Positions 1 through 10,029 of a DNA stretch of 64,000 nt are shown piece by piece (positions within the stretch are counted from its first letter, which is position 1; the number at the start of each line of letters is the position of its first letter). The notes beneath the pieces were generated by a model, which searched no databases, had not been told where the DNA came from, and worked only from the letters and a program-made list of their open reading frames with translations. Source of the stretch: Patescibacteria group bacterium (GTDB taxonomy: Bacteria; Patescibacteriota; Minisyncoccia; GWC2-36-17; WO2-46-25); NCBI GenBank assembly GCA_038062295.1, contig JBBTXL010000008.1, forward strand, positions 1,430 to 65,429. Direction: 5' to 3'. The translations under genes were made by a program, and so were the position numbers.

Positions 1-1
1 G

Positions 2-1963
2 GTCAATACGGGCGCACTGACGATCTCGGTTGACCCGGCGTCTCCGACGGGCAATGTTGCAAAAGACTACATTGACCAGGAAATGGCGCGGTTCAAATTT
101 AAGGCATCGGGCGAAGGTGTGAAAGTATCTTCGTTGGCGGTTACCGCCACTACCGTTCCGGCGGCCTGGGGTGTGAACAACGTCAAGCTGTACTTGGATG
201 GCACACAGGTTGGCTCCACGAGCGATGTAAGCTCAGGAACGACCACGACATTCACGTTCGGTAACTCCTTCATTGTTCCTTCCGGCACGACCAAGACCTT
301 GGTTGTGAAGGGTGAAGTGAAGGCGGTCAGTGGTAGCTCGTATGCGGCAGGACACACGATCCAACTCATATTGAGTGCCGGTTCCGCGAACGCTCAGGGA
401 CAGGTTTCCTTGACGTCTATCAGCACGACTGCATCGAGCGGCAATACGCTGACGGTGCAGACAGGTACGTTGACGGCAACGCTGAACTCCGGCTTGAACA
501 ACGCAAGCTCCTCGCTCCCGACAGGTGTGCGGGGTGCAACGGCCGTGAAGATCGGTTCGTTCATTCTGACAGCCGGTTCGGGTGAGGCAGTGTCCGTAAG
601 CCAGATGGTGGTGAAGAACAGCGACGCGATTTACGCGTTGGGTGTTGACTTCCAGAACCTGAAGCTTATGAACGGCGCGAACCAAATCGGTAACCAGATC
701 GGTACGCTCTCAACGACCGCAAGCGCGACCTATACCTTTACGCCGTCCTCATCGATCACCATCAATGCAGGACAGCAGTATGTGGTGGATGTGTTTGCGG
801 ATGTCTTGACAGGCGCATCCAACTACTCGGGCGGCACAGGATACCCTTCAGCAGGTCTTTCCCAGGTTATCTGGGATGACGTGACGGCAACGGGTCTCTC
901 AACAAGCGGCTCCGCAGGGGTTACAACTGACGTTACCGGCCAAACGGTGTATGTTTCCGCGGGTGGTTCCTTGACGGTTGCAGCGGCGTCCGACATGCCG
1001 ATCGCGCAGAACCGCGCGATGGGTGAAACGGGCCAGACACTCGCAACATTCAAGTTCACCACGGGAGCTCCCGAAGCGGTGAACATCACGAAGATCATTG
1101 TGAGCGACACTATGGCGAGTACCGCATCTGCGGCGACCGGTTCCATCACGAACCTCTCGCTGTGGAAAGATGGCATACAAGTTGGCCCGACCGTAGCGTC
1201 TATGACGGCTAGCGGCACGCAGGATGTCATTGCGACATTCAACGGCTTGACGCTGAACTTGACGAGAGACACGGCAACCATTTTGACCCTGAAAGGCAAT
1301 ATCAACGGCTATCCGAACGCAGTGTCGGGCAGTACGCATACCTTCAAGGTGTATGGTCCGGCTGATGTAACGGCAACCGGCGCAACCGGCGGTAGCTCCA
1401 TTACCCCGACCATCGCGTCGGTGGCAGGGAATGCCCAGCGCGTCTTCCGCGCAGAGCTGACGGTGACCAACGCCATGTCCAACATGTCGGGTGGCCAGGG
1501 AACCGACCAGGTGATCGGCAAGTACCGCTTGACCAACACCTCGGCGGGGAACTACTCCATTACAGTGACCGACATTGACCTTGGTTTGACCACATCGATT
1601 GCTAACACCGAATCCGCCACAGCATCTCGGTATGTGACACTAAAGCGTGATTCCGCAAGCGGTACGACCATTGCAAAGAAAGCGTACAAAAATGCGAATT
1701 ACGGTGATATCACCAGCTGGACACCTGTTGGAACATACGACTTCACTGAACTTGCATTTGGTGCAACCACCATTGATGCTGCAGGTGGCACGGGATACGT
1801 AGATATCTATGTGCTTGCCGATACCAATGATGCGGATGCAACAGAGAGCATCTCTACGGCCATCGGTTCTGGCAGCAATGTTATCACATGGGCTGACGGC
1901 ATAACGGGCGGCATTACCACCGTTGACGGTATGCCGGTACCGGGCGCGAACATCACCTACTAA
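2..1963 (+). CDS. Large T/S/G/A-rich surface (S-layer-like) protein, 5'-truncated by window edge
   Basis: Frame open from position 2 (VNTGALTISVDPASPTGN...) through ORF 83..1963; repeated beta-sandwich-like units (KFKFT...EAVxVxxIxV); followed by a hairpin terminator. Confidence 0.7.
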   Translation, partial: VNTGALTISVDPASPTGNVAKDYIDQEMARFKFKASGEGVKVSSLAVTATTVPAAWGVNNVKLYLDGTQVGSTSDVSSGTTTTFTFGNSFIVPSGTTKTLVVKGEVKAVSGSSYAAGHTIQLILSAGSANAQGQVSLTSISTTASSGNTLTVQTGTLTATLNSGLNNASSSLPTGVRGATAVKIGSFILTAGSGEAVSVSQMVVKNSDAIYALGVDFQNLKLMNGANQIGNQIGTLSTTASATYTFTPSSSITINAGQQYVVDVFADVLTGASNYSGGTGYPSAGLSQVIWDDVTATGLSTSGSAGVTTDVTGQTVYVSAGGSLTVAAASDMPIAQNRAMGETGQTLATFKFTTGAPEAVNITKIIVSDTMASTASAATGSITNLSLWKDGIQVGPTVASMTASGTQDVIATFNGLTLNLTRDTATILTLKGNINGYPNAVSGSTHTFKVYGPADVTATGATGGSSITPTIASVAGNAQRVFRAELTVTNAMSNMSGGQGTDQVIGKYRLTNTSAGNYSITVTDIDLGLTTSIANTESATASRYVTLKRDSASGTTIAKKAYKNANYGDITSWTPVGTYDFTELAFGATTIDAAGGTGYVDIYVLADTNDADATESISTAIGSGSNVITWADGITGGITTVDGMPVPGANITY

Positions 1964-2005
1964 GGACTCAACCAGTTTGCTGCTTGTGACAGCGTAACTG
2001 AAGAA

Positions 2006-2051
2006 CCAAAAGCCCCAATGCTTTTAAGCAACGGGGCTTTTGGTTTTGTTT
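2006..2051 (+). terminator. Rho-independent terminator
   Basis: ACCAAAAGCCCC...GGGGCTTTTGGT stem followed by T-rich run. Confidence 0.75.
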
Positions 2052-2194
2052 GTCTCGGAAAGTGGGACAAGCCATCAAGCCCGTAACGAATTATGCATTT
2101 CTCGGACGATCGGATTAAAAATGCAAATAAAGTATCACGGCAACAGGATACGGGCAATTGTTTTTGGCGTTTGGTATGGTATAGTAGCGCAGTG

Positions 2195-4519
2195 ATGATG
2201 CGTGAACATACTTTGGTAGGAATTATCAAATATGGCGTATACGCCGCTTTGTTTTTGCCGCTTGCGGTGCTCCCGTTATTTTTCTTCCCGTTTGCTACCA
2301 CGCGAGCGTTCGGGTTCCAGATTATCGTAGAGGTAGTGTTTGCGCTTTACATACTGCTTGCGGTGCGCAACTCCGTGTATCGCCCGAAAAAGACGCTCGT
2401 GTGGTATGCGCTCGAGGTTTATTTTTTCGTACTTACTGTTTCCACCCTGTTGAGTGTTGACATCTATCATAGTTTTTTCGGGAACTTTGAACGGATGTGG
2501 GGGCTGTTTTCACTACTGCATTTCCTACTATTTTTTGTGGTGCTGGTTGGCATATTCCGCACACGCGAAGAATGGGCGACATTACTGAAAGTCGCGCTCG
2601 CTGGGGGAGCGTTTGCGGTTGCGATCGGGCTGTTCCAGTTTTTTATGGCTCTCTTTTTTGCGGAGGGTGAGATCGCGCGCATTGCGGGGCCGATCGGCAA
2701 CCCCGCATTTTTCGCGGCGTATCTGTTGTTCCCGATGCTGTTTTCACTACTGTTCGTTCCAAGATGGATTTTACGAGGGACTACCGTTGCCGCGGCGGCG
2801 CTTTCGTTCCTTGCGCTGTGCACTGTTTTGTTGACGGCAACGCGCGGGGCGCTCCTCGCCATCGCGAGTGCCGTACTTGCGGGCACCACTCTTGCGCTCG
2901 TGCTGGTGCGCAACAACATCGCGCGCATCGGCGCGGGCATAGTATTGGTTGCGGCCGTTGCCGGCGCCGGCTCGCTGTTTGCATTCGGCTCGCTGTTTGA
3001 AAAGCCGGAGCGCCAGCCGCTCGAAGCGTATTTCCATGTTCCCGATGCAAGCGCCGCGGCACCAGCCGCACGCACGGGATTTCTCCAGCGCCTTGCGGAC
3101 TTTTCGCTTTATGACGCAACGACCCAGACACGTCTCATCACCTGGCGGTCGTCCCTGGATGCGTGGAAAGAATATCCGTTGTTCGGCGCGGGGCCGGAAA
3201 ATTTTATTCTTTCGTTCAACCGGAATTTTGACCCGGCGTTTTATTCCTCCGAACAGTATGAAATATGGTTTGACCGCTCGCACAACCAGTATATAGACAC
3301 GCTAGTTATGACGGGTGCGATCGGGCTCGCGGCGTACTTGTTTCTATTTATCGCGTGTGCACGGGCGGTGTTTTCGCTGTATCGCCAGCGGGCATTGGAT
3401 ATCCGGCATGTGTTCGTGTTTACGCTCTTTTTTGTGGCGTATGCCGCGCAGGATTTTTTCCTATTTGACTCGTTCGCACCGTTTCTGATGTTTTTGGTTG
3501 CTCTCGCATACCTGAATAGTTTTGTTCCCGAAGTGAAGGAAGGCGTTGCGGCGCCCGCGTTTACCCCGTCAAAAATACCAGGCATCGCCTTGCAGTCTGT
3601 TGCCGTAGCACTCGTGCCGGTGTTGTTCCTGTCATATTTCTTTACGTACCGGCCCGCAATGGCGGCGTACGGGCTTTCACAAGCCGAAAGCGGGAAATAC
3701 TCGCTTGATGCGGCGCTCGGCTTATATGATCGGGCGCTTTCCTGGAAAACATACGGGGATTTTGAAGTGAGGAGCCGTCTTGCGCTTGCCGTTGCGCGCG
3801 AAGTACAGGGGAAAAGGGAAGAAGAACTGTCTCCCGAGCGCGCCACGGCGTATCTGGATGCCGGTATTGCCGCGCTCAAGGAAAATATCGACCGCTCGCC
3901 CAAGGAGTATCTTCTGTATCGGTTACAGCTTTCGGATCTGTATAATCTTAAACTTTCGCGCACCGGCTTGGCGTCTCCTGAAATAGAGGATATTGTCCGG
4001 GAGTCTATCGCGCTTGCTCCCGGGCGCATGGAATTTGAATTCGCGCTCGCGCAGACGGAATTCTTGAAAGGAAACTTTACGGAAGCCATTGCTTTACTGG
4101 AACAAGCGTCGGTAAAAAATCCCGAACACCCCATCCCGTACTGGAAGATAGCGCAGAATTACTACTTCGCGTCTCAAGCCGAAAGCGACCCGGAAAAAAA
4201 AGCGGCAGTACGTGCGCAAGGAGTCCCATATTTTGAGAAAGCGTTGTGGCTCGGATATGATGTGCGGAATTACCAGGAGGTGCTGTGGGCGATGGAGTAT
4301 TACAACGACCGTAAAGACTACGAAAAGATCATGTATCTCAACAAGCTAGTATTGTCGCGCAATCCGCCGGACGCGTATTCCTACCATATGAACCTGGCTA
4401 TTGCGTACAAAGAACTTGGTATGAATACGCAGGCACGCGAGCATGCGCACGCAGTGGGGGAGTTGGAACCGTCCCTCCGGGAAGCTGTGGATAATTTTCT
4501 AAAAGAATTATCGCTATGA
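2195..4519 (+). CDS. O-antigen ligase (Wzy_C/O-OTase-like) membrane protein with C-terminal TPR
   Basis: Many TM helices; GNPAFFA, TATRGA, PLFGAGPENF, DRSHNQYID motifs; start placed at the MMREH ATG (ORF track begins 2093). Confidence 0.8.
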   Translation: MMREHTLVGIIKYGVYAALFLPLAVLPLFFFPFATTRAFGFQIIVEVVFALYILLAVRNSVYRPKKTLVWYALEVYFFVLTVSTLLSVDIYHSFFGNFERMWGLFSLLHFLLFFVVLVGIFRTREEWATLLKVALAGGAFAVAIGLFQFFMALFFAEGEIARIAGPIGNPAFFAAYLLFPMLFSLLFVPRWILRGTTVAAAALSFLALCTVLLTATRGALLAIASAVLAGTTLALVLVRNNIARIGAGIVLVAAVAGAGSLFAFGSLFEKPERQPLEAYFHVPDASAAAPAARTGFLQRLADFSLYDATTQTRLITWRSSLDAWKEYPLFGAGPENFILSFNRNFDPAFYSSEQYEIWFDRSHNQYIDTLVMTGAIGLAAYLFLFIACARAVFSLYRQRALDIRHVFVFTLFFVAYAAQDFFLFDSFAPFLMFLVALAYLNSFVPEVKEGVAAPAFTPSKIPGIALQSVAVALVPVLFLSYFFTYRPAMAAYGLSQAESGKYSLDAALGLYDRALSWKTYGDFEVRSRLALAVAREVQGKREEELSPERATAYLDAGIAALKENIDRSPKEYLLYRLQLSDLYNLKLSRTGLASPEIEDIVRESIALAPGRMEFEFALAQTEFLKGNFTEAIALLEQASVKNPEHPIPYWKIAQNYYFASQAESDPEKKAAVRAQGVPYFEKALWLGYDVRNYQEVLWAMEYYNDRKDYEKIMYLNKLVLSRNPPDAYSYHMNLAIAYKELGMNTQAREHAHAVGELEPSLREAVDNFLKELSL

Positions 4520-6573
4520 TGCAGGGCGATATTATTCGGTCGTCCATGTTCTACCTTACGTGCGCGGCACTCATCACGCCGCTCGTATTTTCGGTATACT
4601 TCTACCCGACGCACGTCGCGCTCCAGACATTTCTCTTTCGCGGCATCGTGGACGTGATGCTCGCGCTGTGGCTTATCGGCATGGCGCGCGACCGGAGTTT
4701 TGTGCCGACGTTTTCATTGCCGGCGCTTGGCGTTGCTGTGTTCGTGTGTGCCGAATACGCGGCTGCCGCATTCGGGACGGGGTTTTCGCGTAGTTTTTTT
4801 TCTGACTACGAACGACACTGGGGACTGCTAACCATTTCGCATTTTGCCATATTCTTTTTCATTCTGGCGTCGGTATTTCGCGACGGGGTGACATGGCGGC
4901 GACTGTTTGCCGTGTCTGTTGGTGCTGGCGTTCTATGCGCTGCGTACGGTTTGTATCAGTTTTTTTTCACTCCCGATATCGGGCGCATTTATGGTACTAT
5001 CGGGAATCCGGCTTTTTTCTCTTCGTATTTGGTACTCAACGGGCTCGTCGCCATTTTTCTGTGTGTGACGGCGGCAAGCAGGAATGAAAAATTTTTGTGG
5101 GGCGCGGCCGCGATTTTTATCGTGGGTATCGCAATGCTTTCAGGGACTCGCGCGGCCTTCCTTGCCGTGTTGGTTGCGGCGGTGTTCGTGTGGGCGGGGT
5201 TTCTGTGGGGTAGTGCCGCATCACGCCGTGCGAAGCTTGTGACCGCCGGTGCGGGCGTGCTTGCGGCGGCTGCGGTCGGCGCGTTGTTCCTGTTCAATAA
5301 TGCGCCCTGGATAACAGGCAACGAGACGCTCGCGCGTCTCACCCATATTTCTGCGGCACAGGTGACGGGACAGACGCGTTTCTATGCGTGGCGCGCGACA
5401 TGGGATGGTTTCAAAGAACATCCGGTGCTTGGCGTCGGGCCCGAATATTTTGATACGGTGTTCAACAAACATTTCTCATCGGATTTTTACGCACTGGAAC
5501 GGTCGGAAACAGAATTTGACCGTGCGCACAATGTGTTCCTGGAGCAGTTGGCAACCGCAGGAGTGGTCGGCGCGGCTGCCTATGCATTCCTATTTCTGGC
5601 ATTTCTCGCGGCGTTGGTACATGCGGTTCGGCAGGGAACCGCGTCGCGTTTCGGCATGGCGGGGCTTTTGGCGGTTGCTGTTGCGTATTTAGTGCAGGGA
5701 ATGTTCAGCTTTGATTCATTTACAAACTTTCTGCCGCTGTTTTTGGTGTTTGCATATGCGGCCATACTGACACAACGTCCGGCGGGTGAGCGTGAAGCGG
5801 GCGCTCCGTCCGGCGGTGCGGTTATCGGGGCGGTATGCGTTGCCGCGGCGCTTTTGGTTTGGTACGGGAGCGTTCAGCCGGCGCGCGCCGACCGCGCATT
5901 ATCGGATCTCAACGCGGTGCGGGATACCCAAATGGAACTTGATGAAACAACGGCGGTGTCCGCGGCGATGGCCGCCCACAGCGCCGCTCTGGCGCATGAC
6001 AGACAGAGCGCTTCGGTGGCGACACCGCTGTTGGAACGGATCACGCGCGAGGCGTATCTGTACTTTGGCAGGAGCGCGCCGGACGACTTTGAGACAAATC
6101 TTCTGCCGTACGCGCTCCGTCAGGCCGCGGAGAATGTCCGCGCGCATCCGGAAGATTATTTCGCTTCCTACGATCTGGCGCTTGCGCATAACATCGCGTA
6201 TTTGGTCGCCGGCACAAACGATGCCGCTCTCGCCGCGACCGTTGCCCGCGCCGAAACGCTTGCTCCCGGCCGCGTGGAGCTGCAGTTTGCGTCCGCGCAG
6301 CGCTCGCTGCTGCAGTTGCGTTTTGACGACGCTATCGCACACGCGCAGAAGGGTATTGTCACCACTGCATGGTTCCCCGATTTTTACCATATCCTATTTT
6401 TAGCGTATAATTTCAAAGGGGATACGGACCGGGCGTTTGCCGCGGCGGAGAATGGCCTGGCGCATGGTATGCACCTTGCCGACCCGCGCGAGCTACTGTG
6501 GATGGCCGACCAATACCAGCGCCGCGGCATACTCGACAAAGCGGAAGCGTTTCGCATACAAGCAGGACAGTAA
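4516..6573 (+). CDS. O-antigen ligase family membrane protein
   Basis: GTIGNPAFF, SGTRAA, PVLGVGPEYF, DRAHNVFLE motifs; paralog of neighbours. Confidence 0.8.
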   Translation: MMQGDIIRSSMFYLTCAALITPLVFSVYFYPTHVALQTFLFRGIVDVMLALWLIGMARDRSFVPTFSLPALGVAVFVCAEYAAAAFGTGFSRSFFSDYERHWGLLTISHFAIFFFILASVFRDGVTWRRLFAVSVGAGVLCAAYGLYQFFFTPDIGRIYGTIGNPAFFSSYLVLNGLVAIFLCVTAASRNEKFLWGAAAIFIVGIAMLSGTRAAFLAVLVAAVFVWAGFLWGSAASRRAKLVTAGAGVLAAAAVGALFLFNNAPWITGNETLARLTHISAAQVTGQTRFYAWRATWDGFKEHPVLGVGPEYFDTVFNKHFSSDFYALERSETEFDRAHNVFLEQLATAGVVGAAAYAFLFLAFLAALVHAVRQGTASRFGMAGLLAVAVAYLVQGMFSFDSFTNFLPLFLVFAYAAILTQRPAGEREAGAPSGGAVIGAVCVAAALLVWYGSVQPARADRALSDLNAVRDTQMELDETTAVSAAMAAHSAALAHDRQSASVATPLLERITREAYLYFGRSAPDDFETNLLPYALRQAAENVRAHPEDYFASYDLALAHNIAYLVAGTNDAALAATVARAETLAPGRVELQFASAQRSLLQLRFDDAIAHAQKGIVTTAWFPDFYHILFLAYNFKGDTDRAFAAAENGLAHGMHLADPRELLWMADQYQRRGILDKAEAFRIQAGQ

Positions 6574-6588
6574 TATCGTGAATATACC

Positions 6589-8739
6589 ATGACCAAGGAC
6601 AACGCACTTTCTTTCTATCTTCGGGCGACAAAATTTTTCATTGGGCTTTCGCTGTTTTCTCCGCTCGTATTGTCGGCCCTTTTTTATTTTCCCTACATCG
6701 TTCCCAAAACCATATTTTTTCAGGTTGCCGTCGAGCTGGCGCTGTTGTTGTGGGCGCTCCTGTGCGTGCTGGATGAAAAGTACCGTCCGAAATTCGACCG
6801 CATTGCCGTTGCCGTGAGCGCGTTCTTTGCCATATACGTCATTGCCGCGCTTTTGGGCGCAAACCCGCTACGGAGTTTTTTGGGAACGTACGAGCGGATG
6901 CTGTCGGTGGTGAATCTCGCGCATTTTATCGCACTGTTCTTCATTGCCCGCGCTGTCTTTGGTACGCCGCGGGAGTGGCTCATACTCCTCCGAACGTTTG
7001 TTGCGGTGAGTGTTGTGGTCAGTGTGTACGCGGTGGCACAGAAACTGGGGTGGGGGTCCTTGGTGTACCATGCGGGTATTGACCGGTTAGATTCCACCAT
7101 CGGGAACGCCGCATTCGTGGGGGGGTATCTTATCTTTGCTATTTTTTTTGCAGTGTTCCTCTTGGTGCGGGATGCGCACACGGCGATGCGCACGCTGTAC
7201 GCCGGTTGCATCGTTTTGAACCTCGCCATTCTGTATTTCACCGGTACGCGCGGCGCGGTGCTGGGTATGGCATGCGCGGTCGTGGTTTTGGTTGTGGGAT
7301 ACCTGTTCCGTCCCCGGACCGTCCCCGGTCTTTCCGCGCGGATGCTGGGGTGGGGGATGGGTGTATTATTCCTTGCAGGTGCGGTGGCGCTGGTTATCGG
7401 CGGAGGCGCGGAGAACGGTGCGCTTTCGTATCTCAAGCGATTCACCTCGGTTTCGCTTGCAGATACCACAGTGCAGACCCGTCTCCTTTCCGTGCAAACG
7501 AGCATGGCGGGATTTAAAGAGCGGCCGGTTCTCGGATGGGGGCCGGAAAACTACAATCTCGTGTTTGACAAGTATTATAACCCCAAGCTGTATCCGACGG
7601 AAAACTGGTTTGACCACGCGCATAACATCGTGTTTGACATCGTGACCACCACAGGCGTTGTCGGCGCGGCGGCATACCTATTTCTCATGTTCGTACTGCT
7701 GGCGGCCTGCATACGGCACGCGCGCGCAGGACCGGAATCGTACTGGCTCGGGGTGTTCGCGCTTGGGCTGCTGGCGGCGTACGGCGCCCAGAATTTGTTC
7801 GTGTTCGACAGTCTGGTGACCTACCTGCCGTTCTTTCTGTTTGCGGCGTTTGCCGCGAATGGTTTTCCGCTCGGACGCGATGCGCAGCTTTCCGACCGAC
7901 CGGAACGCGCAAAGCAATTTGCGAACCCCTCGGCGAAAGCCGCGCTCGCCCTGGTGCCGCTCGCCATGCTTCTTATTTATATGGTGAACGTGCGTCCCGC
8001 GGTCGCCGCGTACTACGCGGTTGTCGGGCTGACGACGAATCCCGCGCATGCCGACGACGCGATGAATTATTTTAAAAGATCCCTCGCATGGGGGAATTTC
8101 GGGGCGCACGAGATCCGCGGCAAGCTTGCGACATACGTGAGTGACCTCCTCGATAATACGCAGATGACCGATGAAGCGGCAAAAGGACGTCTTGCAACAT
8201 TTGTCGTCGCGGAAATGGAGAAAAATATCACCGAACAGCCGCTGGACTTCAGGAATTATTTATACTACGCAAGCTTTCTGAACGACTATGCCGAAGCACT
8301 CGCCTCGTACGGTGTTGCGGACCCCCTGGCGCGTGCCGACGAGGTATTGGCGGTAGCGCAGAAGTTAGGGCCGCACAAGCCCATTCTGCATCTTCAGTGG
8401 GCACAGGTGAAGGTTGCGCGGGGCGATGTTGCGGGTGCGGCACAACTCATGGAAGAAGCCGCAGTACTCCGTCCGGACATGGCGGAGTTCCCGTTGCGCG
8501 CTGGAGGTATGTTCCAGCAAGTAGGGGAGCGTGAAAAGGCTATGGCGTTTTTCAAGGATGTCAAAGAGAGGTTTGGCACGCAGTTGACAGCACAGCAGTT
8601 TGTGCAGCTTGCGGTCGGTTTGGCGAACGGCGGGGACAAAGAAGGGGCGATACAGGCCGCAAAAAAAGCGGTGGAGCTGGACCGGAATCTCTCGGCGGGT
8701 TACGAAGAGTTTGTTCGGAAAGTGAAGGAGATGCCATAG
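6589..8739 (+). CDS. O-antigen ligase family membrane protein with TPR
   Basis: STIGNAAF, TGTRGA, PVLGWGPENY, DHAHNIVFD motifs; TPR-like helical C-terminus. Confidence 0.8.
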   Translation: MTKDNALSFYLRATKFFIGLSLFSPLVLSALFYFPYIVPKTIFFQVAVELALLLWALLCVLDEKYRPKFDRIAVAVSAFFAIYVIAALLGANPLRSFLGTYERMLSVVNLAHFIALFFIARAVFGTPREWLILLRTFVAVSVVVSVYAVAQKLGWGSLVYHAGIDRLDSTIGNAAFVGGYLIFAIFFAVFLLVRDAHTAMRTLYAGCIVLNLAILYFTGTRGAVLGMACAVVVLVVGYLFRPRTVPGLSARMLGWGMGVLFLAGAVALVIGGGAENGALSYLKRFTSVSLADTTVQTRLLSVQTSMAGFKERPVLGWGPENYNLVFDKYYNPKLYPTENWFDHAHNIVFDIVTTTGVVGAAAYLFLMFVLLAACIRHARAGPESYWLGVFALGLLAAYGAQNLFVFDSLVTYLPFFLFAAFAANGFPLGRDAQLSDRPERAKQFANPSAKAALALVPLAMLLIYMVNVRPAVAAYYAVVGLTTNPAHADDAMNYFKRSLAWGNFGAHEIRGKLATYVSDLLDNTQMTDEAAKGRLATFVVAEMEKNITEQPLDFRNYLYYASFLNDYAEALASYGVADPLARADEVLAVAQKLGPHKPILHLQWAQVKVARGDVAGAAQLMEEAAVLRPDMAEFPLRAGGMFQQVGEREKAMAFFKDVKERFGTQLTAQQFVQLAVGLANGGDKEGAIQAAKKAVELDRNLSAGYEEFVRKVKEMP

Positions 8740-8770
8740 CCATTCATCCGTGGTATAATATATTCTCTGC

Positions 8771-9970
8771 ATGGCACTATCACCGGGAGAATCCGAGGTC
8801 ATATATAACACCATGAAACGGCGGCAAATGGTCGTGTGGTTTTTTCTGCTTGGCGTGGTCGGGCTTGGTATTGCCGTCGTCATGTATATTATATATCAGG
8901 TTATTGCGGGCGCCGGGGGAGGGACATCGCCGGGCGCCGGCACCGTTTCATCCCCACTTGCCGCGCCGTTGTCCGCTACCTCACCTCCCGCGGCTTCGCA
9001 GGCCGACGACCGGTATGTGTTGTACGGCGCGTTTTTTCCGGAAGACCAGCGGTATAAGATCTTCAAAGTATATTACCGGCAGTTCATACGGGAAGAAGTT
9101 TTTTCATTTCCATGGAAGAATGCCGCGGTCGCGCCGGGCATGGCGGCATACGGGGAACGCATTGGCATATTTCCGGCGCGGGATCGCGGATACTTTATTC
9201 GTCATGATGGCAGCAGGGAGGATATAAGCGTTTTTGTGCCGCCGGATGAACATGCCGCGCTTTCTCCCGACGGCAGCATGATGTTTTATTTCAAGTATCT
9301 CTCGTCTATCGGCAATCCGGCGCTTGCGATGCGCAGCATGGCGCAGGGAGAGGATGCGTATGTCTGGTCACCCACTGCGGCGGCATCCGCGTTGTGTGAA
9401 TTTGCGGGATGGTCTCCCGATGGCGCGAACGCATATTGCATCGCCCGCGAGGGCGGCACCGCAACCGTGCGCGCGTTTTCGGTCGCCAACCACACTGCAG
9501 CGGTTGTCGCGTCGGCGCGCGATGTCCGGGACGCTCGCTACTATCCGGCGTCCGGTTCTTTTGTCGTTGCGGCGAATGACAGGGTAAGCGTGACGGATAC
9601 GCAAACAAAGGAGGCACAAGAAGTTGTCCGCGCCCCGGAAGGGTTTTCCGTTGTGAATGCATTCCTTGCGCTCGACGGTTCGCGCGTGGTGTATACGGTC
9701 ATGTCATTGGACGGTGTTGCCGGACAGGTGAGAACGGTTTCTTCCGACGGTTTTGACGACCGTGTTCTTACCACCGGACACGGTACACGCGCCGTGTCCG
9801 TGTCTGGAGACGGAAGCATGGTGTTGTTCGAAGAAGATGACCGTACGAATGTGGCGCTGAAACATTATTTCATATCGGATGTTGAAAAGTTCTCGCCCCG
9901 CGAGCTGTACGCCGTTGACGCAACCGCACAGGATGCGCGATTTTTAGGGTGGTTTTCCACCCCGAAATAG
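8771..9970 (+). CDS. Membrane-anchored TolB-like beta-propeller protein
   Basis: N-terminal TM helix; LSPDG, WSPDG, VSGDG repeats. Confidence 0.55.
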   Translation: MALSPGESEVIYNTMKRRQMVVWFFLLGVVGLGIAVVMYIIYQVIAGAGGGTSPGAGTVSSPLAAPLSATSPPAASQADDRYVLYGAFFPEDQRYKIFKVYYRQFIREEVFSFPWKNAAVAPGMAAYGERIGIFPARDRGYFIRHDGSREDISVFVPPDEHAALSPDGSMMFYFKYLSSIGNPALAMRSMAQGEDAYVWSPTAAASALCEFAGWSPDGANAYCIAREGGTATVRAFSVANHTAAVVASARDVRDARYYPASGSFVVAANDRVSVTDTQTKEAQEVVRAPEGFSVVNAFLALDGSRVVYTVMSLDGVAGQVRTVSSDGFDDRVLTTGHGTRAVSVSGDGSMVLFEEDDRTNVALKHYFISDVEKFSPRELYAVDATAQDARFLGWFSTPK

Positions 9971-10029
9971 TATCCAAGGTGCACACAGGTTGCGGCTTCA
10001 GAATGTTTCACGTATAGTGTGCATACATT

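Noticed and set aside
467-1963. Diversity-generating retroelement TR/VR explanation for the surface-protein duplication
   Set aside because: No reverse transcriptase in the window; differences are not adenine-specific and span ~1.5 kb
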